From the IMG/VR virus record IMGVR_UViG_3300037116_000081, positions 21,925 through 85,924 of that record: a stretch of DNA of 64,000 nucleotides. One strand, written 5' to 3'. This document shows, piece by piece, positions 25,092 to 33,024 of the stretch. The notes under the pieces were generated by a model. The model saw nothing but the letters and a program-made list of their open reading frames with translations, was not told the origin of the DNA and searched no databases. Made by a program: the position numbers and the translations under genes. How positions within the stretch are numbered: the stretch's first letter is position 1; every line of letters begins with the position of its first letter. Origin of the DNA: a virus.

Positions 25092-25281
25092 TTAAGCCTC
25101 CTTGCGGAGAATGGTATCACTTTTCTCGGCTAGGTATTCCGCCCGCCGTTCCTGCCAGGGTGTCGCATGGTTCTTCGCCGGCCCGCGGCGCTTGATCTCC
25201 CGCGGGGTCACGGGCGGCCCTAGCCACCATCGGAACTTGCTCTTTGGTCCCGGTCTGACGCTGTACTTTGTGCGCATCTCG

Positions 25282-25779
25282 TCAGCGTGCGCTTTTTGCC
25301 GATCGGTCATAGCCGGTCTCCTTTGCTGGTGGCTTCCTGAGCTTGTAGGCTCGCTCAGCAGCTTCGAGCTCCGCTCCGTTGCCGGTAGGGTACCCCTCAG
25401 CGTCTGCCCACGCAAAGAGCTCCAGAACCTCGGGGCTTGGGGTTTCGGTTTCCATGGGACGCTTGCGCCATATCTCTTCAGCAGTTCCTGCAACTCTATA
25501 AGGATAGCGGCCGGAAGCTTTGCCATAGCTTTGCCGTTGCTTCGCCGTAGCTTTGCCATTTTGGTCTGGAACTACTTGATAACTGGCAGGTTGCGGACCA
25601 CCCTGAGAAACAGCGACCAAACCGGCTTTTTTTAGTTCAGCAGTGTATCGATCAAGCTGCCTAAGACTGCAATTCAGGTGTTTGGCGATTGTCGATCGGT
25701 AGGGGTAGACTTCCTGAAAGTGTGCGGCGTACCACCTGAGAAGCTTCAGGTATCGCTGGGCACCACGCGAAAGAGTCAC
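25282..25779 (-). CDS. helix-turn-helix replication initiator-like protein
   Basis: VYPYRSTIAKHLNCSLRQLDRYTAELKKAGLV wHTH; internal iteron-like repeats. Confidence 0.7.
   Translation of the reverse strand: MTLSRGAQRYLKLLRWYAAHFQEVYPYRSTIAKHLNCSLRQLDRYTAELKKAGLVAVSQGGPQPASYQVVPDQNGKATAKQRQSYGKASGRYPYRVAGTAEEIWRKRPMETETPSPEVLELFAWADAEGYPTGNGAELEAAERAYKLRKPPAKETGYDRSAKSAR
25517..25560. repeat. 4 x 11-bp tandem repeat GCTTYGCCRTW, candidate origin iterons
   Basis: gctttgccata gctttgccgtt gcttcgccgta gctttgccatt, inside the initiator gene. Confidence 0.65.
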
Positions 25780-26003
25780 AGAAGTTTGTACCCCATGACA
25801 GCGGCGACCTTCCATCCTAGGTCGGCAATCTTTTCGATGTCTGGGTTTGGTGTGACACCCCGAGACTCCAGAGTCACCAGTTTCGAATGACAAAGAGCCG
25901 AGTCAATCTCTCCATTCAACTCGATCAACTTAGCATCGATTAACTCTTGGATTAGCAGCAGAGCTGCTGTAGCGTCGGCCTGCTCTTGCAGGGACATTGA
26001 CAT
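25776..26003 (-). CDS. hypothetical protein
   Basis: GAGGAGG SD. Confidence 0.6.
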   Translation of the reverse strand: MSMSLQEQADATAALLLIQELIDAKLIELNGEIDSALCHSKLVTLESRGVTPNPDIEKIADLGWKVAAVMGYKLL

Positions 26004-26095
26004 AGAGCCTCCTCGAAAGGCAGTGCAGCGTGGGCTGGAAGTTCGAGGCGACCAGCTCAGCGCTGCACGGGACTCTTACATCCGCGCCCCTTATT

Positions 26096-26485
26096 CTAAC
26101 TCAGAATCTGGTGGCGCATCAACCCGGACTTCTTGTAATATTCTCGAAATCCGTCGACGTCGTCCACCTTCAGCACCAGAGCTCCGCGATTGGTCTCGGT
26201 CACAGCCCAGAGCACCTGGTGTGGCAATGGCCCCTTTCCTGGTGCCTTGAACTCGATCCAGAGCACCTGGGCCGTGCAGGACGAAGGGGCAACTGAGCCA
26301 TACCGGATGAACAGGTAATCCGGCATTCCCACTTCCCCGAAGCCTTTACCCCGTGATCGATCGCTTACCGGGTCCGTTCGTATCGCTCGCCAGCCATCGA
26401 TCTCCAGCATCAGCACTACCGCTTGCTGAACGTCTGCCTCGCTTATTTTGAGTTTTGCAGTTTTGTGTACGCTTCGAGCCGGCAT
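26096..26485 (-). CDS. VRR-NUC-like (PD-(D/E)xK) nuclease
   Basis: SEADVQ, GMPDYL and LWIEFKAPG...HQ..W motifs. Confidence 0.85.
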   Translation of the reverse strand: MPARSVHKTAKLKISEADVQQAVVLMLEIDGWRAIRTDPVSDRSRGKGFGEVGMPDYLFIRYGSVAPSSCTAQVLWIEFKAPGKGPLPHQVLWAVTETNRGALVLKVDDVDGFREYYKKSGLMRHQILS

Positions 26486-26658
26486 GTTATGCAATACCTC
26501 TTTCTGAAGTCACAGAGCCACGCTGGAGATTTGTTGGGGCATGGGCTCCATCCAAGCAACCAGAACAGTAGCGCACGCATCATCGCGCCGCCAATGCCGC
26601 TGCGAAGCCCAGTATCACAGCAGCCACATAGCCCAGAAAGATTCCCCACTTCTGACGA

Positions 26659-27168
26659 CTAGTCATCGCCCTCAGTGTCCTTTGCTTGGCCTTCCGAAAT
26701 CAGCTTGTCCTGCTTGCCGTCGCCTTCCACTACTAGGTCGAGCATGGTCTGTTTGACGTAGCTCACGTTGAGCACACCCTTTCCTTCACCCACCGTGGTA
26801 ATGTACTCTTCGAGAAATTTGCAGGCCGTGGTGTCTGCGAACTCCACCTTGAAATGCAACTCCAGCCGGTGGCCTTTGTTCTTCTTGCCTTCGACTTCGT
26901 ACCGGACGCCCTCGAAGCCAGTAACCGCCGTGGCGTCGAATTCGATCTGGTACTTGGCGAGTGGCCCCTCTTTCGGCTGGAGACTCGCGTGAGTAGCTGA
27001 GAGCCGGCCTTCGAGCTTCGCCGAGGTAACACCGTTCTCGAGTGGCCCCCAGCCCATTGCATCGGCAACGGCCTTTGAGTAGTTGGCTGAGAAGCTGGAA
27101 ACGCCGCCCTTGGAAGAACGGCTGAAAGATTTCAGAACAACACCAGTGAATTGAATTGAGGTTGACAT
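26659..27168 (-). CDS. hypothetical protein, leaderless transcript
   Basis: ATG 7 nt after the -10 box. Confidence 0.7.
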   Translation of the reverse strand: MSTSIQFTGVVLKSFSRSSKGGVSSFSANYSKAVADAMGWGPLENGVTSAKLEGRLSATHASLQPKEGPLAKYQIEFDATAVTGFEGVRYEVEGKKNKGHRLELHFKVEFADTTACKFLEEYITTVGEGKGVLNVSYVKQTMLDLVVEGDGKQDKLISEGQAKDTEGDD

Positions 27169-27175
27169 GGGTTAC

Positions 27176-27206
27176 AGAATACTTCTTTCAGCGCAGTTGC
27201 GCAAGT
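27176..27206 (-). promoter_or_regulatory. promoter/operator TTGCGC-17-TATTCT
   Basis: Palindromic -35 copy. Confidence 0.75.
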
Positions 27207-27214
27207 ACCAAACT

Positions 27215-27352
27215 ACCGCTTCCAGTGAATCACTTGGCCATGCCACGGCTTCGAGTCCCGACCGCTTCCAGTGAATCACTTGGCCATGCCACGGCTTCGA
27301 GTCCCGACCGCTTCCAGTGAATCACTTGGCCATGCCACGGCTTCGAGTCCCG
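27215..27352. repeat. perfect 3 x 46-bp tandem repeat
   Basis: ACCGCTTCCAGTGAATCACTTGGCCATGCCACGGCTTCGAGTCCCG three times, no spacers. Confidence 0.95.
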
Positions 27353-27748
27353 CGCATCCGTCAGCCGCTTGCTCGCGATCCAGAACCGCGCCATGTCATC
27401 AAGTGACGCACGAAACACATCACCAGTGGGCATCCCGCCGATTGTCTTACCGTTCCTGAATCCGTCGCGCCAAGCGAACTGGCACGCTTCATCAAGGCTC
27501 AACGTCTGATCCGCTATCGTGACTCTCAGCGTGTACGAAATACCTATGCTGGTCAGGTCCAGCGTGATCGGTTCCACCTTAACGCAAGGCCAGCGCCCGA
27601 GCAGCCGCATGGTCTTCTGACGCGGATCAACGTAGCAGTGGCACATCTCGCCAACCTTCGGAGGATTCTTGCGAAAGCCCCTGACCGTGTGCGTCTTCGA
27701 GCCTTCCTCAACGAACTGCGCAAACTGACGCTGGAAACCTAGCAGCAT
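27230..27748 (-). CDS. ASCH/PUA-like phage protein
   Basis: F...F...VEEGSKTHTVR.....KVG...FAWRDGF...VIHW. Confidence 0.7.
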   Translation of the reverse strand: MLLGFQRQFAQFVEEGSKTHTVRGFRKNPPKVGEMCHCYVDPRQKTMRLLGRWPCVKVEPITLDLTSIGISYTLRVTIADQTLSLDEACQFAWRDGFRNGKTIGGMPTGDVFRASLDDMARFWIASKRLTDARDSKPWHGQVIHWKRSGLEAVAWPSDSLEAVGTRSRGMAK

Positions 27749-28459
27749 CTATTCAACCCTCAGGCTCATCTTATCGGTCACAAGGCTGCAACCTGGTACG
27801 CCTTGGTTTACTTTGCCGGTCGCGTTGCATTTAGGGCAGCCAGGCGCATCGGAGAATGGTGTCGTGCGGCCGATTCCGTGACACGCTGCGCACGCTATCT
27901 GCTGCTTCAACGCTTCGGCTATCCGGATTTTCATGGGCTCACGCTTCGGGTTCGAGAACGGTAGCGATTCTCCCAGGCGTTGGGCTTCAGGATCTTTAGA
28001 TTCGCGACATGCAGCTTTCAGCGTGATGACATCGGCCACGGTGAGCTTTAGCTCTGATGCGCAATACTCTGCGGGAACCAATTCCGGCTGGGCTATCTCT
28101 ACGCTTGCCGGACACTTCACCAGCCTCAGCGTATTCGAGTCTCCGTCCAACCGTGCTTTGCCGCTCATCAGCATGACCGACTTCACCAGCGTCTTTAATC
28201 GTTCGTGCCGAGCTTCCCACGCATCCGCCCTAGCCTTCAGCCGTTTCGCTTCTTCCTTTGCCGCGGCCGCGCGCGCTTCGAACTCTTTCAGGTAATACGC
28301 CACGCCGTCTACTTTCTTGATTTCTCGCCCGACGTATTCGCGAATCTCGATGTCCTTCTCAATAATCGAAAGACCTTCGGCCGCCAGTTCCTCACGTTCG
28401 AACATCAGCCGCATGAGCGTGGCTTCCAGGTTATACAGTGTTAGGTTTGCTGTGCTCAT
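27749..28459 (-). CDS. Siphovirus Gp157-like protein with an inserted DnaJ-type Zn finger
   Basis: TLYNL...KVDGVAYYLK coiled coil; CAACHGIG...CPKCNATG. Confidence 0.8.
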   Translation of the reverse strand: MSTANLTLYNLEATLMRLMFEREELAAEGLSIIEKDIEIREYVGREIKKVDGVAYYLKEFEARAAAAKEEAKRLKARADAWEARHERLKTLVKSVMLMSGKARLDGDSNTLRLVKCPASVEIAQPELVPAEYCASELKLTVADVITLKAACRESKDPEAQRLGESLPFSNPKREPMKIRIAEALKQQIACAACHGIGRTTPFSDAPGCPKCNATGKVNQGVPGCSLVTDKMSLRVE

Positions 28460-28653
28460 TTCTTTGGCTCCTGTAGGTCCAGCGTTCTCGATTGGCCGGC
28501 GTCACTGCGCTTCTTGCGCTTTGGCTGCGCTTCCATTAATTCACGTACGTCGATCACGCCTTGCGCCCACCACACGAATTCCATTACCTCTTTGAGTGGA
28601 GCTGTCCGGACAAACTCTTGACAGTCCCAGATTTCAACCTTCTTGTCAGGCAT
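28456..28653 (-). CDS. small hypothetical protein
   Basis: Coupled ORF with KRKKRSDAG motif. Confidence 0.55.
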   Translation of the reverse strand: MPDKKVEIWDCQEFVRTAPLKEVMEFVWWAQGVIDVRELMEAQPKRKKRSDAGQSRTLDLQEPKK

Positions 28654-28655
28654 GT

Positions 28656-28856
28656 TTATTTCGACAGTTCCTCTCTACGCAGTTGCTTGTCTTCGTACTC
28701 AATCGTTGCATCGTCGAGCGTTTGTTGGGTGGTCTCTCGATACCGAGCGTGAGCGATCGCGCACTCTGGTAGCCCGCAATGCTCGCTCCCAACAATCCGC
28801 TTGCAACGTCCCTTCCTGTTCGGAATAAATTCGTGCATGTGTCGCGGGTCAGCCAT
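28656..28856 (-). CDS. small His/Cys protein
   Basis: GGAGG SD. Confidence 0.55.
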   Translation of the reverse strand: MADPRHMHEFIPNRKGRCKRIVGSEHCGLPECAIAHARYRETTQQTLDDATIEYEDKQLRREELSK

Positions 28857-28865
28857 TCGTTCCTC

Positions 28866-29402
28866 CTAGAAAGGTACCCAGTCGTCGCTCGGTATGTCTC
28901 CGTCCGGTTCTTGCCCTTGCGTCTGTTGTTCGGCGTCTTCCGGCTTGCGATCCTTCACACGGATGTAATCCCGAACCTTCGGCGCTTCCATCGCTTTGGG
29001 TAGTCGCATGATCGTAGTGACGTTTGCGTACGTGTCACCTTCCTTGGTGACCTGCATCACGTTCAGCAAAGCTGGAGCACTCAGTAGCGTTTCGAGATCG
29101 AAGCCCTGAAGTTGTTCGTCGCTGAACGGTATACCACGCCACGATTCCAGATCCTTCAGCAGCGCTGCCTTCTTGTGCAGGCTTAACGTGTAGCGCTTTT
29201 GGACGATGTAAGGTTTGTTGTCCGCCATCACTTCCGCAATCTGCCAAACGATTCGAACCTTGTGCTGGCTTTTCTTTTTCCCGCCGTAGGAGACTTCAAG
29301 TACACCCATGTCCACAACGTCACAGCAAACCGCCGCATGGGCGCCGGCTGGCGCCGGGATGAAGTCTCGCCCGCCTCCAGTTGCTTTCGCCACGATAGCC
29401 AT
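28866..29402 (-). CDS. phage single-stranded DNA-binding-like protein
   Basis: PAPAG.H.A.C..VVD.G...YTLSLH.KA.L...LESWRG; acidic tail DDWVPF. Confidence 0.75.
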   Translation of the reverse strand: MAIVAKATGGGRDFIPAPAGAHAAVCCDVVDMGVLEVSYGGKKKSQHKVRIVWQIAEVMADNKPYIVQKRYTLSLHKKAALLKDLESWRGIPFSDEQLQGFDLETLLSAPALLNVMQVTKEGDTYANVTTIMRLPKAMEAPKVRDYIRVKDRKPEDAEQQTQGQEPDGDIPSDDWVPF

Positions 29403-29597
29403 TACGCACTCTCCTTTTCTTCGATCTCCGGATAGTCTTGATCGCGCTCCGCATTCGCCCAGGCTTTCGCGACTCGCTTCCGCATCGCTTGGGTAATTGC
29501 CGGCTGCGATTCTCGAAAGTCTAGATCCAGCTTTTCATCAGGTTCCATGCTTTCGATTCTGAACTGAGAACGTGTTTACAGCAATGGAACTGAGGTA

Positions 29598-29957
29598 CTA
29601 GCGCCGCTTTCGGTTACGTTTCAGCGCCATCCCGATAATCATCAAAGCTATCCCGAGTGTGAACATAAACATGGTCGGCTCCGGAGTGGTGGCAACGATC
29701 GGTGGTAGCGGTGGAGGTACGATCGTATGCCCCGGCGGAATGATCACCGCCTTGTACGCCAGCGGCACCCATGTCTCGGCCTTTGGAGCACACCACTGGA
29801 TCGCTGGATTCAGCACGGAATCCGCACAGATAATCTTATTCGACCCATTGGCGAAGTACACCGTCGCGGTCCACGCATCCTGCTGCATGGTGAGAAGAAG
29901 ATCCTGGTAGGCGAACGCCCCATCGCCGTTCCCGGTAGGCTGTTGATTGATAATCAT
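29598..29957 (-). CDS. PEP-CTERM-like protein
   Basis: TPEPT, TM helix, KRNRKRR basic tail. Confidence 0.75.
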   Translation of the reverse strand: MIINQQPTGNGDGAFAYQDLLLTMQQDAWTATVYFANGSNKIICADSVLNPAIQWCAPKAETWVPLAYKAVIIPPGHTIVPPPLPPIVATTPEPTMFMFTLGIALMIIGMALKRNRKRR

Positions 29958-30228
29958 GCGTCAGTTGAGCCCTCGCGAATGCGCCGTGCACGTTGCCCGC
30001 GAAGTTCTCACCGGGGCAACAAGAGACTTGGCGCATTCGTCAAAGCTCAGCAGTCGCCGAAATTAACAGTCCAGAGCGCGACGATCTTCTGCCACAACGA
30101 TCCATGGCCGGTCATCTGTATTTCACAGGTCCCGTACTTGTAAGTCGTCGCCAACAGTGGCAGACCGCAGATCAGCACACCACATGCGAGAATGCGTTTC
30201 ATTTTGTCTCCTTTCTCCCCATTTCTTT

Positions 30229-30254
30229 CGTCTTGCGCTGCTACTACTCCTCAT
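30229..30254 (-). repeat. collapsed/empty hairpin site (CGTCTTGCGCTGC-TACTACTCCTCAT)
   Basis: Left flank matches the flank of C4 (17290-17330); right flank matches the flank of L10 (18570-18582). Confidence 0.65.
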
Positions 30255-30444
30255 GAGAATAGCTCCCACATATCGGACAACGGCCCTGCCTTCCGGGTGC
30301 AGCGCAACCCCAGCATTGAAGTAGCTCATTCTTTGGCCATTTCGCACGGTCAGTCTTTGGGTACTTTGTCATTGACGTGAGCACTTCGTACGCAGCCATC
30401 CCGAACAGGCATACGATGAGGAGAAAGCAGCCAAGCGCGATCAT
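30244..30444 (-). CDS. membrane peptide with Zn finger
   Basis: Paralog of 18572-18697. Confidence 0.55.
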   Translation of the reverse strand: MIALGCFLLIVCLFGMAAYEVLTSMTKYPKTDRAKWPKNELLQCWGCAAPGRQGRCPICGSYSHEE

Positions 30445-30625
30445 CGCTTAATCCACTTCCACAGGCGTATCCACCAAGGAGCAGGTTGCGAATAAAAGAC
30501 ACAATTCAGGTAGATCGCCCGCGGCTCATCCAAAGACTGAACCGGAGGAAATTGAAACGCATCCCGGCCATTGCCGTAAAAGACGCAGCTAGTGAAAGCG
30601 GGGGTCTGCTGTTTTTCTGGTTCCA

Positions 30626-30961
30626 TCAGTACTCGATTTCCTGATTGCTCTTGCAGCCCACTTTATGGCACGATGCTTGCCCGTTGATGATTGGCTCCGC
30701 GCATTCAGGACAGAACTCCGTCCGTGGTTTCGGCGCGGCCTCGAACGCCACGCGCGCTTCGCGTTCCTGGTCTTCGGTCTGCTCTTCGTAGCCGGAATCC
30801 GTCAACTGCTCGCGAAGATTTGCAATTGCCGCGCTCTCCGTCGCGCCTCGGCCTACATGCCATTCTTCGCGCCCGTCGAGCCACGCGGACCAATCCATGG
30901 AACGAATAGGAATCGGTGGATAGTCGAAGTTGGTTTTTACTGTGGCGTTTCCGATTCTCAT
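30626..30961 (-). CDS. hypothetical early protein
   Basis: GAGGAGG SD; YPPIPIR..DWSA motif; C-terminal CxxC. Confidence 0.7.
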   Translation of the reverse strand: MRIGNATVKTNFDYPPIPIRSMDWSAWLDGREEWHVGRGATESAAIANLREQLTDSGYEEQTEDQEREARVAFEAAPKPRTEFCPECAEPIINGQASCHKVGCKSNQEIEY

Positions 30962-31146
30962 GCAACCTCCTCAAGATCCGGCTCGGCGTATTCCGCTTTC
31001 CAGTTCGCCTCTGCGATTTCAGAGAGGCGGTTTTGAAGTTGCTTGGCGTCTTCTGCCAAGCCGGTTTCGCGTAGCACGACAAGCTGCTTAATTAGCGTGT
31101 CCAACGTGTCGCCCGCGTCCTGCAAGAGCTGGTAGCGCGTCTTCAT
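30958..31146 (-). CDS. small helical early protein, leaderless
   Basis: ATG 6 nt after the -10 box. Confidence 0.65.
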   Translation of the reverse strand: MKTRYQLLQDAGDTLDTLIKQLVVLRETGLAEDAKQLQNRLSEIAEANWKAEYAEPDLEEVA

Positions 31147-31152
31147 GAACTG

Positions 31153-31183
31153 ATTATGCTTGAGAAACGGTAGTTGCGCAAGT
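31153..31183 (-). promoter_or_regulatory. promoter/operator TTGCGC-17-CATAAT
   Basis: Palindromic -35 copy. Confidence 0.8.
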
Positions 31184-31311
31184 AGGCAGAAAGTACCGAT
31201 TGTGACTTAGTACCGAGGTTCTAAGGGCTGGCTGCCTTATTTCCAGCCCCACTGCATTTGGCGCGCCCTCCGTGACCGAGACCGGGGTGGAAGCCCGAGC
31301 GCCAAAAAACT

Positions 31312-31488
31312 TTAAGCCCGGCGTCCGTCCATCGGCAATCCCCGCAGATGCCGTGTTGGGCTCTTTAACAGCAGCCGCACGCCCGTGGCTACCAGGACGC
31401 CGATGGTCGTTTTCTTGTCTTCTGCGAGCTTCGTAAGCTGCTGGTGATGCTCTGGAGTCACGAAGCCGGATACCTTGACGGGTTTCAC
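31312..31488 (-). CDS. ribbon-helix-helix-like DNA-binding protein (candidate repressor)
   Basis: MKPVKVSGFVTPEHHQQLTKLAEDKKTTIGVLVATGVRLLL fits an RHH pattern; leaderless GTG. Confidence 0.7.
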   Translation of the reverse strand: MKPVKVSGFVTPEHHQQLTKLAEDKKTTIGVLVATGVRLLLKSPTRHLRGLPMDGRRA

Positions 31489-31495
31489 AGACTTG

Positions 31496-31526
31496 ATTGT
31501 ATGGCAGGATGCAGAGTTGCGCAAGT
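31496..31526 (-). promoter_or_regulatory. promoter/operator TTGCGC-17-TACAAT
   Basis: Palindromic -35 copy. Confidence 0.8.
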
Positions 31527-31528
31527 TT

Positions 31529-31570
31529 CAAAAAGACCGGAGCGCCAGACATTCGCGAGAGCGCCCCGGT
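31529..31570 (-). terminator. intrinsic terminator
   Basis: Minus strand ACCGGGGCGC...GCGCTCCGGT followed by CTTTTT. Confidence 0.65.
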
Positions 31571-31604
31571 TGGCATGACAGTCCTCTAACGTCCTAACGC
31601 TGGA

Positions 31605-31635
31605 ATGCTATCACAGACTCAGTACTTGCGCAAGT
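31605..31635 (-). promoter_or_regulatory. promoter/operator TTGCGC-17-TAGCAT
   Basis: Perfect palindrome ACTTGCGCAAGT. Confidence 0.7.
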
Positions 31636-31641
31636 GCTAAC

Positions 31642-32841
31642 TTACCAGGCGTAGCTTCCGACTCCCCCGCATGTGTACGGTTTGCTTGGATCAAGGCTCA
31701 CCAGCTTCATCAGCGAAAACTGCGTACAATGGATTCCTGTCGATAACGCTTTAATCCCCCACTCCGCCGCCCCGATGTCCCCATCATTCCACGCCTGATT
31801 GTTTGACGGGTTTTTCTCGCTCAAGAACTGGTACGCCAGATACCCGAACATTGGCGGATAACTCGGCTCAACCGTGCTTCCTGAATCGATTAGCGTGGCA
31901 TTCGAGCCCATCTGAAACAACGTGACGGCCGGCCGCGTGTACCCGCCGATCTGCGCGCCACCGCCTGTTGGCCGGCAAACGAAGTTCAAGCCCAACCCGA
32001 GAATCAGCCCGTAGCAACGCGGCCGCGAAAAGCCAAACTGCTGCAAAGCTCCTACCGTATTGGGAACCATGTATGTCGTGTCACCGTCAGGGTAGTTGCC
32101 TGTCGGCCCATGCTCACTGACTGCCAGCACGTTCGTAGCGGCGCCGACAGGAGACCAGGGGTTTCCTCCGACACTCACGTTTGGAACGAAGCTATCAATC
32201 CGTGTGGCGCCCAGGAACCCGGTGAGCCCAGGTTGGGAATCTAGGATATAGTGATTTTGGATTGCCCAATTCTGATTCGGCGCGCGCCACACGAACGTGT
32301 CGATGAGCGTTAACGCTCCCGCACTGCCGTGCATGATCGGGTTACCCTCGTAGTGGACCAAAAAAGCTCCCGCGCCGATCTGCACTTCGAGCTTTCCCCA
32401 GATAGGCTGCTGACCAAGCGCGTAACTCGATACCGGGAACTGATTTGATGAGACGGCCAGGTCGATCGGTGCCGGCCCTCCGGTGTTCGTACCAAGTCTG
32501 AAATGCAGATAACCGCTGGTATCGATCAGCATTGAGCAGATGATTTGCCCCGTGTGTTGATTCGCCGCTTGCCAGATTTCCGCATTGCCCTGAATGACGG
32601 TCTGGGTTCCGTCGTTAAAAAACGCGATATCCGCAGCCCAGTACCACGGCTCCTGGAGATCATTTAGAGTGATGATGTGGTTCAGTGCGCCGAAAGAAGC
32701 GTTGAGCATCCAGTACGCGAAGCCTTGCCCGTCACGACCCACGATTGCCGTAGCCTGCGAAAACTCATTTACCTTGGTGTATTTGGTCCCTGTTCCGGGT
32801 GGATCGGTTACATTGCAGAGATCGTCAAGAAAGCGAAGCAT
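31642..32841 (-). CDS. tail-associated protein (lectin/concanavalin-like beta domains)
   Basis: Last gene of the tail cluster; beta-rich; GFLG..RID, PDGDTTY and W.......AEWGIK motifs. Confidence 0.65.
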   Translation of the reverse strand: MLRFLDDLCNVTDPPGTGTKYTKVNEFSQATAIVGRDGQGFAYWMLNASFGALNHIITLNDLQEPWYWAADIAFFNDGTQTVIQGNAEIWQAANQHTGQIICSMLIDTSGYLHFRLGTNTGGPAPIDLAVSSNQFPVSSYALGQQPIWGKLEVQIGAGAFLVHYEGNPIMHGSAGALTLIDTFVWRAPNQNWAIQNHYILDSQPGLTGFLGATRIDSFVPNVSVGGNPWSPVGAATNVLAVSEHGPTGNYPDGDTTYMVPNTVGALQQFGFSRPRCYGLILGLGLNFVCRPTGGGAQIGGYTRPAVTLFQMGSNATLIDSGSTVEPSYPPMFGYLAYQFLSEKNPSNNQAWNDGDIGAAEWGIKALSTGIHCTQFSLMKLVSLDPSKPYTCGGVGSYAW

Positions 32842-32851
32842 GGAATAGAAT

Positions 32852-32881
32852 GGCCCGGCTGTTACACCGGGCCTGTTTTTT
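32852..32881. terminator. GC hairpin GGCCCGG-n8-CCGGGCC, possible bidirectional terminator
   Basis: Stem followed by TGTTTTT on the plus strand. Confidence 0.5.
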
Positions 32882-32993
32882 ACTGCGATGATTTCTTGCG
32901 AAGATCGGCCAGCTCTTTGTCTTCTGCTGGTGTCTTATTGGCTTTGTTGACAAGCTCGGTGACCCGAGCGCTTTCTTTCGCGTTGAGATTCAT
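32880..32993 (-). CDS. 37-aa small basic protein
   Basis: AAGGAG SD before MNLNAKES. Confidence 0.5.
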   Translation of the reverse strand: MNLNAKESARVTELVNKANKTPAEDKELADLRKKSSQ

Positions 32994-33024
32994 GGCTGAA
33001 TCTCCTTTCGACAACAAGTCTACA

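Noticed and set aside
27215-27352. 46-bp repeats as a CRISPR array
   Set aside because: They are head-to-tail copies with no spacers.
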